From an uncultured delta proteobacterium (GTDB lineage: Bacteria > Desulfobacterota > Binatia > Binatales > Binataceae), in assembly GCA_963808235.1 (NCBI GenBank), contig CAWEEQ010000004.1, forward strand, positions 128,001-192,000: DNA of 64,000 nucleotides. Reading direction: 5' to 3'. The translations under genes were made by a program, and so were the position numbers. This document shows, piece by piece, positions 19,906-29,984 of this stretch; within the stretch, counting starts at the first letter, position 1, and the number at the start of each line of letters is the position of its first letter. The notes under the pieces are model-generated. The model had not been told where the DNA came from, made no database searches, and worked only from the letters and a program-made list of their open reading frames with translations.

Positions 19906-20004
19906 CCGCGATCAAACTAACTGTACGCGCCTCGTCTCGCCACCCGGAGATTGTCGGCGATGATCCTCCCGCAGTAGGATTTGCTCGACTTCAGAGGTGA
20001 GCGC

Positions 20005-21234
20005 ATGAAGAAATCCGATTTCTACCGCGACGCGCGCAAGGATCTCACCGGTCCGCTCGACGGCATCCGCGTGATCGATGCGACCACGAGCTGGGCGGGT
20101 CCGATGTGCGCGTGCATCCTCGCCGATCTCGGCGCTGACGTGGTCAAGATCGAGGCGCGCGAAGGCGAAGTCGCGCGGCGCATTCCGCCTGCTCTTCCCG
20201 GTCACGACGCGCAGATCGGATTCGCGCATGCAACCGTCAATCGCAACAAGCGCAGCCTGACGCTCGATCTGCGCAAGCCCGAGGGCGTCGAGATTTTTCT
20301 GAAACTCGCGGCGCGCTCCGACATTGTGGTGCAGAACTTTCGTCCCGGCACGTTTGAAAAGTGGGGCATCGGTTACGACCACGTGCGCGCGGTCAAGCCC
20401 AATATCATCTACGTTTCGATCAGCGGCTACGGCCAATTCGGACCGATTCATGACCGCGTCGCTTACGATCCGCTCGCGCAAGCGATGAGTGGGTTCGTTT
20501 CGCTGAGCGGCAGTCCCGACGCGCCGCCGACCAAGGCGCCGACCTGGCTATGCGACGATCTCGGCGGATTGCACGGTGCGATCGGCGCGCTGGCCGCGCT
20601 GCGTCATCGCGATCGCACCGGCGAAGGTCAGCACATCGACGTCGCGATGCTCGACGCGATGCTCTTTCAGTCCAACGGCAATCTGACCCTGGCCGCGATG
20701 GGTCTCGAACTGAAGCGCTGGGGCAATGAGATTCCGTTCTCGGTTCCGACCAATACTTATCAATGTCGCGACGGCCTGGTGATGGCGGGGGTGCTGCTCG
20801 ACACGCACTGGAAGGTGATGGCGCGGATGGCGGGGCGCGACGATCTCGCCGACGATCCCGGCTACGCGACGATTCTCGGCCGCATGAACCATCGCGACGA
20901 GTGCAACGCGATGGTTGCGCGATGGTGTGCGGCGCGGACTGTCGATGAAGCCGTGGAGGCGTGCGCGAAAGAGGGCATCCCGTGCGCGAAGGTCCGAACC
21001 TACGCCGAAGCCGCGCGCTGTCCGCACACGATTGAGCGCGACATGGTGCAGCAGGTCGTGCAGGAAGATGGCAAGCTCGCGCCGATCACCGGTCCGGCGG
21101 CAAAGTTCTCGCGCACGCCGACGCGTGTTCGAAGCGGCGCTGCGGCTCTGGGAGCGCACACGGAGGAAATCCTGGCGGAACTGGGAGTCGATTCCGTTGC
21201 ACGCCGGCGCCTGCGCACAAATGGAATAATCTAA
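20005..21234 (+). CDS. CoA-transferase family III (CaiB/BaiF)
   Basis: PLDGIRVIDA..AGP, LGADVVKIE, NRNKRSLTLDL, QNFRPG. Confidence 0.93.
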   Translation: MKKSDFYRDARKDLTGPLDGIRVIDATTSWAGPMCACILADLGADVVKIEAREGEVARRIPPALPGHDAQIGFAHATVNRNKRSLTLDLRKPEGVEIFLKLAARSDIVVQNFRPGTFEKWGIGYDHVRAVKPNIIYVSISGYGQFGPIHDRVAYDPLAQAMSGFVSLSGSPDAPPTKAPTWLCDDLGGLHGAIGALAALRHRDRTGEGQHIDVAMLDAMLFQSNGNLTLAAMGLELKRWGNEIPFSVPTNTYQCRDGLVMAGVLLDTHWKVMARMAGRDDLADDPGYATILGRMNHRDECNAMVARWCAARTVDEAVEACAKEGIPCAKVRTYAEAARCPHTIERDMVQQVVQEDGKLAPITGPAAKFSRTPTRVRSGAAALGAHTEEILAELGVDSVARRRLRTNGII

Positions 21235-21258
21235 TCGCGCGGCATGGCGCGGATTTTC

Positions 21259-22820
21259 TTATCGGCCGAATCCGCCGCCGCCGGGAGTCTCGATTCGAAT
21301 CCGCTCGCCGGCTTTGAGATCTATATTGGTCTTGCCCGGCAACTTGGTTCGCCGTTTTCCGCGCGCGACAAAATTCCTGCCGGTCGCGCCCGGACCTCCG
21401 CCCGCCAGTCCGTAAGGCGCGAGCGTGCGCCGTTCGGTGAGCACGCTCACGTTCGAATCCACGATGCACTCGAGCTCGCGAATCAACCCGTCGCCGCCGC
21501 GCGATCGTCCTCGTCCGCCTGAGCCGCGCCGGATTCGATACTCGGTGACCCGCATCGGATAGTACGCCTCGAGCGCTTCGATCGGCGTATTCAGCGTGTT
21601 GGTCATGTGAGTGTGAATCCCCGACGCACCGGGACGATCCTTCGCCGCGCCCGCGCCGCCGGCAATAGTTTCGTAATATGAAAAGTGGCGATCGCGAAAT
21701 CGATCGAAACCGCCGACCGTGAGATTCGACATCGAGCCCGAACTGGCCGCCGGAATCCGATCCGGCGCGGCGTGTGCGAGCGCACGAAAGAGCACATCGA
21801 CAATCCGCTGCGAGGTCTCCACGTTTCCGCCCGCGACCGCTGCAGGAGCCAACGCGTTGACGATCGAACCGGGCGGTGCAACGAGACGGATCGGTCGCAT
21901 CAAGCCTTCGTTGGCAGGCACCGCTTCCGACGCAAGACACTTCATCACGTAGAAAGTCGCGGACAGCGTGATCGCGTAGTTCGCGTTTACACTGCCGCGC
22001 ACCTGCGGCGCGGAGCCGGTGAAATCGACAAGCGCTTTGCCGCGCCCGATACGAACCGCGGCGCGAATCGGAATCGGGCCGGTGCCGAATCCGTCGTCGT
22101 CCAGAAAATCCTCGGCCCGGTAGGTTCCGGGTTTAAGCTCGCGTAGCGCCGCACTCATCAGCCGCGCCGCATAATCCTTGAGCGCGTCCATCGCGAGTGC
22201 GACCTTCGCGCGCCCCGACGTTTTCACCAGCGCGAGCAGCCGCTCAGCTCCCACTGACAGCGCGGCGATTTGCGCGCGCAGGTCGCCCTCGCGCTCCTCG
22301 CGCACCCTGGTGTTGGCCAGAAACAGCGTCATCACGTCGCGCGCGATCTCGCCTGCCGTCACGATCTTCACCGGCGGCAATCGAAATCCTTCCTGGTAGA
22401 TCTCGGTCGCAAGCGCCATCGAGCCCGGTGCGATACCGCCGATGTCCGCATGATGAGCCCGATTCGCCGCGTATCCGAACGGCCGGCGCTCGTTGCCGAT
22501 AAAATCGGCGCGACCAGCGTCAAGTCCGGAAGATGGGTTCCGCCCGCGAACGGATCGTTCAGCGCCGCGATATCGCCGCGGCCGAGATCGAGACTCGCGA
22601 TCGCCGCGCGCACCGAGAGCGGCGTCGAGCCGAGATGCACCGGGATATGCGCGGCCTGCGCGACCAGCTCTCCGCGCGCGTCGAAAATCGCGCACGAGAA
22701 ATCGTGGCGCTCTTTTATATTCGGCGAGAACGCGGTCTGGCCGAGCACCACGCCCATTTCCTCGGCGATCGCGGCGAGCCGATTGTTCATCACCGCAAGC
22801 GTGATCGGATCGAGCTTCAT
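21259..22820 (-). CDS. Hydantoinase B/5-oxoprolinase family subunit, frameshift near 22500
   Basis: N-terminal FSPNIKERHDFSCA..HIPVHLGS..NDPFAGGTHLPD in ORF 22368; HHADIGG..YYETIAGG..TPGGGGFG in ORF 21259. Confidence 0.9.
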
Positions 22821-24793
22821 CGCGTCATCTCCAGGTGAAGATTTCCGAAGTCGTCGGCGCGCAAGGTAAATTCGGGCGCGACGTAGGCGGTCGAGCTCAG
22901 CTCGACTACAACCAGCGGACCTCTGATTCGCGCGCCTGCTCCGATCGCCTCGCGATCGTAAATCGGGACCATCCGCTCGCGCTCGCCGACGATCGTTTTT
23001 CCGCGTGAAATCGGCCGGGGCGCTCCGGGCCGGCGCCCAATTCGTTTCGACCTGGCGCGCGATTGCGCGGCGGTCGCACGAATCCGGATATTAACGACCT
23101 CGACAGCGGCGCCGGGCGAAGAGTGTCCAAACGTTCGCCGATGCGCGGAATGAAAATCCGCTGCGAAGTGGGGCGATAGCGCGATTTCGAGCTCGTACGA
23201 CTGTCCTCGATAACGCGCATCGACCCGCAGCTCGTGACGAATCGCGCTCCCGCCGTCGGCTTTCAGCTCGGCGCGTGCGCGGCGGACGAGTCCCGATGCG
23301 CGCGCGAGCAAGCGTCGATATTCTGGATTGGTCTCGCGCACCGTCAGCGAATATTCGCGCCCGAGCGGAGCGCCGGCGGCGCCCCACGCACAAAGCAAGC
23401 CGGGATTTCGCGGCATCACGATATGCCGGATGCCCAAATCGAGCGCCAGCTCGCAGGCATGCATCGGACCCGCTCCTCCGAATGCCAGCAGCGCGAAGTC
23501 GCGTGGATCGTAACCGCGCTCGACCGAGATTACGCGAATCGCGCGCTCCATGTTCGCGTTGACGACGCGGATTACTCCGCGCGCTGCGGCAGACGCGCTC
23601 GTTTTCATCCGATGCGCGAGTTCGCCAAGCGCGCGTGCCGCACGTTCCGGATGAAGTTTCATCCGCCCGCCCAGAAAATTTTCCGCAACCAGCCGTCCCG
23701 CGACCAGGTCCGCGTCGGTTACCGTGCACGAGTCACCGCGGCCGTAGCAAGCCGGCCCAGGATCCGCGCCCGCGCTCTCAGGGCCAACGTGAAGCGATCC
23801 TCCCGTATCGATCCGCGCGATCGATCCACCTCCGGCGCCGACGGTATGAATGTCGATCACCGGCGTGCGCACCGCGTATCCGTCAGGATGACTCAGCGTG
23901 CGGATCCGCGCGCGTCGATCGAACAGCGAGACATCGGTCGAGGTTCCGCCCATGTCGAAAGTGATGAACCGATCCGTGCCGAACTCGCGCGCGAGGCTTG
24001 CCGCTCCAATCACGCCCGCCGCCGGACCCGACAGGATCGTTCGCACCGGCTCATCACGCGCGATCGAGGTCCCAATCGCGGTGCCGTCGGATTGCATGAC
24101 TCTGAGCCGCGCGCGTTCGAGCCGCGTTTCCAGGTTCTTCAGATGCGACGACATCCGCGGCGCAACGTACGCGTTGACAACCGCGGTCGAGAACCGTTCG
24201 TATTCGCGATACTCGGCGAGAATACGATGCGACACGGAAACCGGCTTGCCAATCGGCGCGAGCGCACGGGCCAGGGACTCCTCGCTCTTCGGGTTGGCGT
24301 ATGAATGAAGCAGGCAGATTGCGAACGCCTGGGCGCCGCTTCGCGCAGCGAGCTGTCGCACTCGCGCGAGTTCGGCGCGAGTGAGCGCGCGAATTATGGT
24401 GCCATCGAACAGCGTGCGCTCCGCCACTCCAAAACGCATCGCGCGAGCCACCAGCGGCGCCGGCCGCGAAGGCGCCAGCGCGTACAGATCGTCGCGATTC
24501 TGACGTCCAATCTCGATCAGATCCTCAAAGCCTGCGTTGGTGATCAACGCGATGCGCGCGCCCTTTTTCTCCAGCAACGAATTGGTCGCGACGGTGGAAC
24601 TGTAGGTTACGGAATCCGGCGACGATCCGGCCAGCATCTCATGCAGACCGCGGATTACCGCGTCGGCGGGATCGAGCGGCGTCGAGAGCACTTTGTGTAC
24701 GCGAATCTCGTCGCCGATTATTGCGACCATGTCGGTGAACGTGCCGCCGGTGTCCACCCCGACGACGATCGTGCCAGCCGCGCGTCGCTTCAC
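22817..24793 (-). CDS. Hydantoinase A/5-oxoprolinase family subunit
   Basis: GVDTGGTFTD, SGPAAG, DMGGTSTD, GPESAGADPGPACYG. Confidence 0.93.
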   Translation of the reverse strand: MKRRAAGTIVVGVDTGGTFTDMVAIIGDEIRVHKVLSTPLDPADAVIRGLHEMLAGSSPDSVTYSSTVATNSLLEKKGARIALITNAGFEDLIEIGRQNRDDLYALAPSRPAPLVARAMRFGVAERTLFDGTIIRALTRAELARVRQLAARSGAQAFAICLLHSYANPKSEESLARALAPIGKPVSVSHRILAEYREYERFSTAVVNAYVAPRMSSHLKNLETRLERARLRVMQSDGTAIGTSIARDEPVRTILSGPAAGVIGAASLAREFGTDRFITFDMGGTSTDVSLFDRRARIRTLSHPDGYAVRTPVIDIHTVGAGGGSIARIDTGGSLHVGPESAGADPGPACYGRGDSCTVTDADLVAGRLVAENFLGGRMKLHPERAARALGELAHRMKTSASAAARGVIRVVNANMERAIRVISVERGYDPRDFALLAFGGAGPMHACELALDLGIRHIVMPRNPGLLCAWGAAGAPLGREYSLTVRETNPEYRRLLARASGLVRRARAELKADGGSAIRHELRVDARYRGQSYELEIALSPHFAADFHSAHRRTFGHSSPGAAVEVVNIRIRATAAQSRARSKRIGRRPGAPRPISRGKTIVGERERMVPIYDREAIGAGARIRGPLVVVELSSTAYVAPEFTLRADDFGNLHLEMTR

Positions 24794-25740
24794 GACGCGC
24801 TCAGCAGAATTTTGAAATTGAGAGGTTTCGCGGCGGCCGCAAATGCCTCGACGCCGTCGTCGAGTGCGAAGGTCCCATCGATTAGCGGACGCGGGTCAAG
24901 TCTGTTCGATGCGAGTGCGTCGAGTGCGGGCGCAAAGCGGCCGCATCGCGAGCCGATCACCGTGATTTCATTTACCACCACCGGCGCCAGGTTGATTTCG
25001 GCGCCGGCCGCCGCGGTGCTCTTCAATATGATCGTGCCGCGCGGCTTGACCAGCTCGAGTGCGCGCGAAAAACCGGTTGCGCTTCCGCTGCATTCGATCA
25101 CGATATCGAAACGATCGCGCAGCGCCGGCTCTTGCGCAGTGTCGAGGCCAAGCGATTTTAGCCGCGCGAGTTTTTCAGGATGATGCCCCGCGACCAGCGG
25201 AAGATATTTCTCGCTCTTCAGAACGAGCGCGACGAGGCTACCGAGACGGCCGTCACCCGTCACAACTATCGTCCGGTTCCGACCGAGATGAATCTGCGCC
25301 AGGATTTCGTACGCAGCCGCGATCGGTTCGACGAAGACCGCAACTTCGTCGGGAATCGAATCCGGCACCGGAATCAGATTCGCATCCGGCAGCGCGAGAA
25401 ACTCCGCAAAAGCACCGTCGCGCCCGAGGATTCCGAGCACGGTCCGATCTGGACAATGACGCCCGAGGCCGGCGGCGCAACTGGCGCATCGACCGCATCC
25501 GGCGTTGATCTCGCCGACCACTCGCCGTCCGCGCAGCGCTGGATTTGAGGTGGACGCGACCCGGCCTACGAACTCGTGTCCCGGCACGCCGCGATACTTC
25601 ATGTAGCCGCGCGCGATCTCGAGGTCGGTGCCGCAGATTCCCGCGAGCGTAACGCGCACGACGCTCTCTCCCACTGCCTCGACGGGGTCGGGATAGTCGG
25701 CGCGAAACTCCAGTTTGCGATCGAATACGATTGCGCGCAT
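24790..25740 (-). CDS. Zinc-dependent alcohol dehydrogenase (MDR family)
   Basis: GICGTD, GHEFVG, CGRCASC..HC; ATG at 25740 (MRAIVFD). Confidence 0.9.
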   Translation of the reverse strand: MRAIVFDRKLEFRADYPDPVEAVGESVVRVTLAGICGTDLEIARGYMKYRGVPGHEFVGRVASTSNPALRGRRVVGEINAGCGRCASCAAGLGRHCPDRTVLGILGRDGAFAEFLALPDANLIPVPDSIPDEVAVFVEPIAAAYEILAQIHLGRNRTIVVTGDGRLGSLVALVLKSEKYLPLVAGHHPEKLARLKSLGLDTAQEPALRDRFDIVIECSGSATGFSRALELVKPRGTIILKSTAAAGAEINLAPVVVNEITVIGSRCGRFAPALDALASNRLDPRPLIDGTFALDDGVEAFAAAAKPLNFKILLSAS

Positions 25741-25759
25741 GTGAGCGCACAATTGAAAC

Positions 25760-25791
25760 AAAAAAGCCGCGGGCTCGGCTACCCCACGGCT
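25760..25791 (-). terminator. Rho-independent terminator after the FmdB-like gene
   Basis: Minus strand AGCCGTGGG..CCCGCGGCT followed by a T-run. Confidence 0.6.
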
Positions 25792-25825
25792 GAACTGATC
25801 GGCAGAATTATCTAGAGCGGATGAA

Positions 25826-26227
25826 TCAGTCGGCTGCCTTTGCGGATGCCGCCTTGTCTGAAGATGACTTGGACCTCGACGCGGTTTTCGAATCAGCTGA
25901 ATTGTTGGAAGTCTTGGCTTCCGACGACTTGGTATCCGACGCGGGCTTCGAATCGCCCGACGGTTTCGCCGGCGTATCGCTCGACGATGCGTTACCGTTT
26001 GTCGCGCTCGCGCCTGACGACTCCGACGTGTCGCTGCCGCCCGTGGCCGCTTTCTTTGCGTAGTCGGTCGCGTACCATCCACTGCCTTTGAGGACGAACG
26101 ATCCGAGCGACATTTGCCGCTCGACCTTGCTCTTGCAGGTGGGACACTTCTTGAGCGACGGCTCGGTGATGCGCTGCATCGCTTCGAACACGCCGCATTT
26201 GGGACACTTGTACTCGTAGATTGGCAT
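25826..26227 (-). CDS. FmdB family zinc-ribbon protein
   Basis: [29 protein letters not shown], low-complexity tail. Confidence 0.92.
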   Translation of the reverse strand: MPIYEYKCPKCGVFEAMQRITEPSLKKCPTCKSKVERQMSLGSFVLKGSGWYATDYAKKAATGGSDTSESSGASATNGNASSSDTPAKPSGDSKPASDTKSSEAKTSNNSADSKTASRSKSSSDKAASAKAAD

Positions 26228-26352
26228 CGTAAAGTCGCGTCTGCTAATCGAAAAATCGCACGCCCTAGTCTCTAGGTAACCACCGGCGGGCTCGCAGTCA
26301 ACTCAAAGCGGTGATATTCGCCGTCGATTCGCCTTGCCGAGACTGGCAGAAC

Positions 26353-26703
26353 CTACTTCCGTTTGCCAATTTTTTCGGAGTTCGCGAGCTTGCGGAGTTG
26401 CGCCGCCGCTTTGCTCGGCTGATGGGTCACGATTCGAATGGTCTTGCGGCGCGAAGTTTCCCCGCGAACGATCATCAGCGCCGATCGCGGGAGACGCAGC
26501 TCGTCGGCCAGATACTCGATCAGTTCGGAATTCGCATTGCCTTTTTCGGGTGCGGAATTCAGCGCGATCACCAATCCGCCCGAACTCGCGCGAACGATTC
26601 CGCGCCGTGCCGCGCGCGGCTTGGCCGAAACTTCGATCGTCACCTCGTCGTCACTGACTCGCATCCAGGGTGTGTCGTCATCTGGAGCATTGCCCGACTT
26701 CAT
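26353..26703 (-). CDS. DUF167 (YggU) family protein
   Basis: KPRA..APEKGNANSELI..IVRGETSRRK; in the ygg cluster. Confidence 0.85.
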   Translation of the reverse strand: MKSGNAPDDDTPWMRVSDDEVTIEVSAKPRAARRGIVRASSGGLVIALNSAPEKGNANSELIEYLADELRLPRSALMIVRGETSRRKTIRIVTHQPSKAAAQLRKLANSEKIGKRK

Positions 26704-26707
26704 CGGA

Positions 26708-27010
26708 TCACGTGATGGTGCCGGTCAGGGCCTGCACCGCGGTAGGAATCGCGTATCGCTGCAGGAACGAGATTCCGATGATTACAACTATCGGCGAGAA
26801 ATCGATTCCGCCGAAGTTTACCGGCAGGTGCTCGCGGATCCACTCGAAGAGCGGCTCTGTGACTGCGTAAATAAAGCGGACGATCGGGTTATATGGGTTC
26901 GGCTCGATCCACGTCATCAGCGCCGAAATGATCACCACCCAGAAGTAGAGCTGCAGCAAACCCTCTAGCGTTTGTGCGACGAAGATGATCAGGTTGGTCC
27001 AGGCGTACAT
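26708..27010 (-). CDS. yggT: YggT family membrane protein
   Basis: PNPYNPIVRF..TEPL..GGIDFSPI. Confidence 0.92.
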   Translation of the reverse strand: MYAWTNLIIFVAQTLEGLLQLYFWVVIISALMTWIEPNPYNPIVRFIYAVTEPLFEWIREHLPVNFGGIDFSPIVVIIGISFLQRYAIPTAVQALTGTIT

Positions 27011-27055
27011 GGAACAAGAGTCTTGCTAGCAGAAGCCTCGCAAGCAAGAGCCCAT

Positions 27056-27882
27056 CTAGTCAGTTCCGCGGCCAAGTTCGCGCGAGCGATCGCTGGCGGC
27101 GTGAATGGCGGCGGCGACGAGATCGGAAAATCCATGCTCGGCGAACCGGCGCAGCGCCGCCTCGGTGGTGCCGCCCGGCGAGGCGACGGCGCGGATCAAA
27201 TCGGCGGCGTCGCGTTTGGACTCGCGCATCAGATGCTCGGCGCCGCGAATTGTCTTCAGCGCCATCCGGATTGCGAGCTCGCGCGGAATCCCTTCGCTGA
27301 CCGCCGCATCGGCCATCGCCTTGGCGAACAGATACACGTAGGCAGGGCCGCTGCCGGAAAGCGCGGTGACAACATCGAGCAGCTTCTCATCCTTTAGCGA
27401 GACCGCGTCTCCGACCGCGCGAAAAATGCGCAGCGCGAGCGCCTCGTCGGCGGCCGACGCACCTCGCGCACGGACCATCGCAGCCATCCCGTGCCCGACC
27501 ATCGCGGGCGCATTGGGCATCACGCGAATCACGCGCGCGCGCTTGCCCAGCCCCGAAGTGAGCCGCGCGATCGTGACGCCGGCGGCAATGGAGATGAAGA
27601 GTTTGGACTTGCGCGGCGGTTTGGCAAGCTCGGCCGAGATTTCGGCCATCACCGCGTCGATAGTCTGCGGCTTGACCGCGAGAATGATGGCGTGCGAGTT
27701 CGCGGACGACTTCAGCATTTCGTCGGTGGTCGCAACTTTGAGCGTTCGCGCGAGCTTGCGCCGGCGTCGGGTGCGACATCGGACACGATGATGTCGCTCG
27801 CCTTAAACAGCTTGTGCGCGAGCAGGCCGTGAGAGAGCGCCTCGGCCATGTTGCCACCGCCGATGAATCCGAGCTTCTTCAT
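27056..27882 (-). CDS. proC: Pyrroline-5-carboxylate reductase, frameshift near 27750
   Basis: [16 protein letters not shown] (manual translation from 27882), LAVKPQ, RVMPN, LSGSGPAY, ASPGGTT. Confidence 0.92.
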
Positions 27883-28573
27883 AATGTACGTTCGCCGAAG
27901 ACCGCGCGTCCGACCCGCACGATCGTCGCGCCTTCCTCGATAGCGATTTCGAAGTCGTCGCTCATTCCCATCGAAAGCTCGCTTAGCGCAAGCCCGGTTT
28001 GTATCGCAAACCGATCGCGCATCTCGCGCAGCCGCGCAAAGTACGGGCGCGCGAGTTCCGGAGTCGCGGCGGGCGGTGGAATCGTCATCAAGCCGACGAT
28101 TTCGATCTTGCCGCGCGAACTTTCGAGCAGCTGCGCGACGGCCTCTGGCGCGACGCCGGTTTTGGAGGATTCCGCGCCGAGATTTACTTCGACGAGACCG
28201 CGGACCGGGTGACGAACCCGCGCGCGCGAGCGCGTCGAGCCAGGCGCACCGAATCGATACTGTGGATGAGTGTGAATGCCGACGCGGCGAGCTTCGCCTT
28301 GTTGCTCTGCAGATGGCCGATCAGATGCCATCGGATGTCGGCGAGGTCGGTTAGCTCGGCGCGCTTCGAGAGCGCCTCCTGCACGTAGTTCTCGCCGAAG
28401 TCGCGAGCGCCCGCCTCGTATGCGGCGCGGATCGCGGCGGGCGGCTTGCGTCTTGCTGGCGAGCACGAGGCGAATCGAGGACGGGTCGCGATGAGCGCGG
28501 CGCGCGGCCGTTCGATGCGCTCACGGACGACTTGCAGACGAGTCGCGATTTCGTTTTCGCCGTTTGATCGCAT
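27879..28573 (-). CDS. yggS: PLP homeostasis protein YggS/PLPBP, several frameshifts
   Basis: [60 protein letters not shown] spread over two frames. Confidence 0.92.
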
Positions 28574-29166
28574 CGTCGTGAAAATTCGGCCTGCCGGCAG
28601 TTGCCGCGTTAGCGCGGCGACGACTTGTGTCGGTCGGCAGGCCCATCACGTTGTCGCGCGATCCTTCGAGATGAGAAATGAATCCTGCGCCGAGGCCCTG
28701 GATTCCGTATGCGCCGGCCTTGTCGAAGGGTTCGCCGGTTGCGATGTACGCGTCGATTTCGGCCTCTGCGAGAGTGCGAAACGTGACGCGGCTTTCGATC
28801 GCGGCGCTTTCGAGGATGTCGCCATCGCGGGACAGTGCGAATGCGGTGATCACGATGTGGGTGCGGCCGGAAAGCGTCGAGAGCATCCGGCGCGCTTCGT
28901 CGGGCGACGCGGGTTTTTCGAGAATCGCGCCATCGCATACGACGATCGTATCGGCGCCGATGACGATTGCGCCGGGGGACTCTGATGGAGACGGCGCGGG
29001 ATTTTTCTTGGGCCATTCGGAGTGCGTAGTCGCGCGCGGGTTCGCCGTCGGCGTGCAACTCGGGGATGCCGCTTTCGATCACTTCGAAGGTGAGTCCGGC
29101 TGCGGTGAGCAATTGGCGGCGGCGCGGGGAGCCGGAAGCGAGAATGATTTTGGGTGACGAGGGCAT
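28521..29166 (-). CDS. maf: Maf-like nucleoside triphosphate pyrophosphatase, frameshifted; 3' end uncertain
   Basis: IILASGSPRRRQLL, then LSGRTH..GEPFDKAGAYGIQG..NVMGLP in another frame. Confidence 0.88.
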
Positions 29167-29362
29167 GGTCGATTCAGAGTAGTTGTCAGACCGCGGGTGC
29201 GCTCGCAAGACGGGCGGGATGTAGGTGCTGGGTTCGAGTTTGAAAATGGGAAATGTCTCAGGGCAATTATCGCGCGATCGCTGGAATCGGGTAAGGCTGA
29301 ACAGTTCATCCCTGAAGTTTCGTGGCTATCCGGAGAAGTAGATTGGCTAATGGGATTCGGAC

Positions 29363-29462
29363 CAGACCGCTACGCGCGGGGCGGCAGGGGTGACCCCTGC
29401 ACCCATCGTCCATTCAATCGCAAAGCAGCCCACAGAGCGCGGACGGTATTTTGCTCTCGGTC
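29363..29462 (+). repeat. Left inverted repeat of the R-M cassette
   Basis: 29363-29404 is the exact reverse complement of 32753-32794 (42 bp), 29414-29424 of 32737-32747, and 29443-29462 of 32708-32727. Confidence 0.92.
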
Positions 29463-29585
29463 TGGGGGAAAGGGTGATTCGCTCGGGACCGGTTCATTTT
29501 TGCGGAGCGGGGGCGAAAGGAGGAGTGCTGCGGTCCGGGCGGACGCGAGTTCGGCTTCCCGCACTCCTTCCCGAGAAGCATTGAG

Positions 29586-29831
29586 TTAGTTTGCGCGGCT
29601 CGGTTTTCGGAATTGCTTTGCGCAATAACGGCATTCGTAAACCGGCTTTGCTTCGGGGACCGATTTGTCCATGGCTCCGTATGGCATATCTGATTACCAA
29701 TCGACTTCGGCTTCTCGGTAGTCTTCCGCGACGCCATCATCCGTCCAGCGCGCAACCGGATAGAGCACAACGCACCATGACAATTCGGCGATTTCGGAAT
29801 CTCCACAATACGGGCAGACAAATTCGTTCAA
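29586..29831 (-). pseudogene. Small zinc-ribbon protein (CPYC...CRYC), interrupted by in-frame TAA at 29694-29696
   Basis: TTG start after AGAGGG: MNEFVCPYCGDSEIAELSWCVVLYPVARWTDDGVAEDYREAEVDW*SDMPYGAMDKSVPEAKPVYECRYCAKQFRKPSRAN. Confidence 0.6.
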
Positions 29832-29984
29832 TGTTTTCCCTCTTTGCGTTGACCCACAGAAAAGAAGGGTTCCACATATGATAACCGCTGGAGGTCGGTC
29901 TCTTCGAGACCATGAACATTTGCACCCTGCGGTCGCGGCGAGCATAAATGAGGTTGGCCTAGGCGGTGCTAGCCGGGAGGGTGG

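Noticed and set aside
6291-24304. Numerous long overlapping antisense ORFs (for example 6291-7664, 9167-10345, 11030-12562, 23234-24304)
   Set aside because: Expected stop-poor shadow frames in high-GC coding DNA; no motifs.
25740-26082. N-terminal extension of the alcohol dehydrogenase ORF
   Set aside because: It overlaps the FmdB gene and its terminator; the real start is ATG 25740.
28184-29166. Possible Maf-YggS fusion
   Set aside because: One frame correction links them, but the region has many indels, so fusion cannot be supported.
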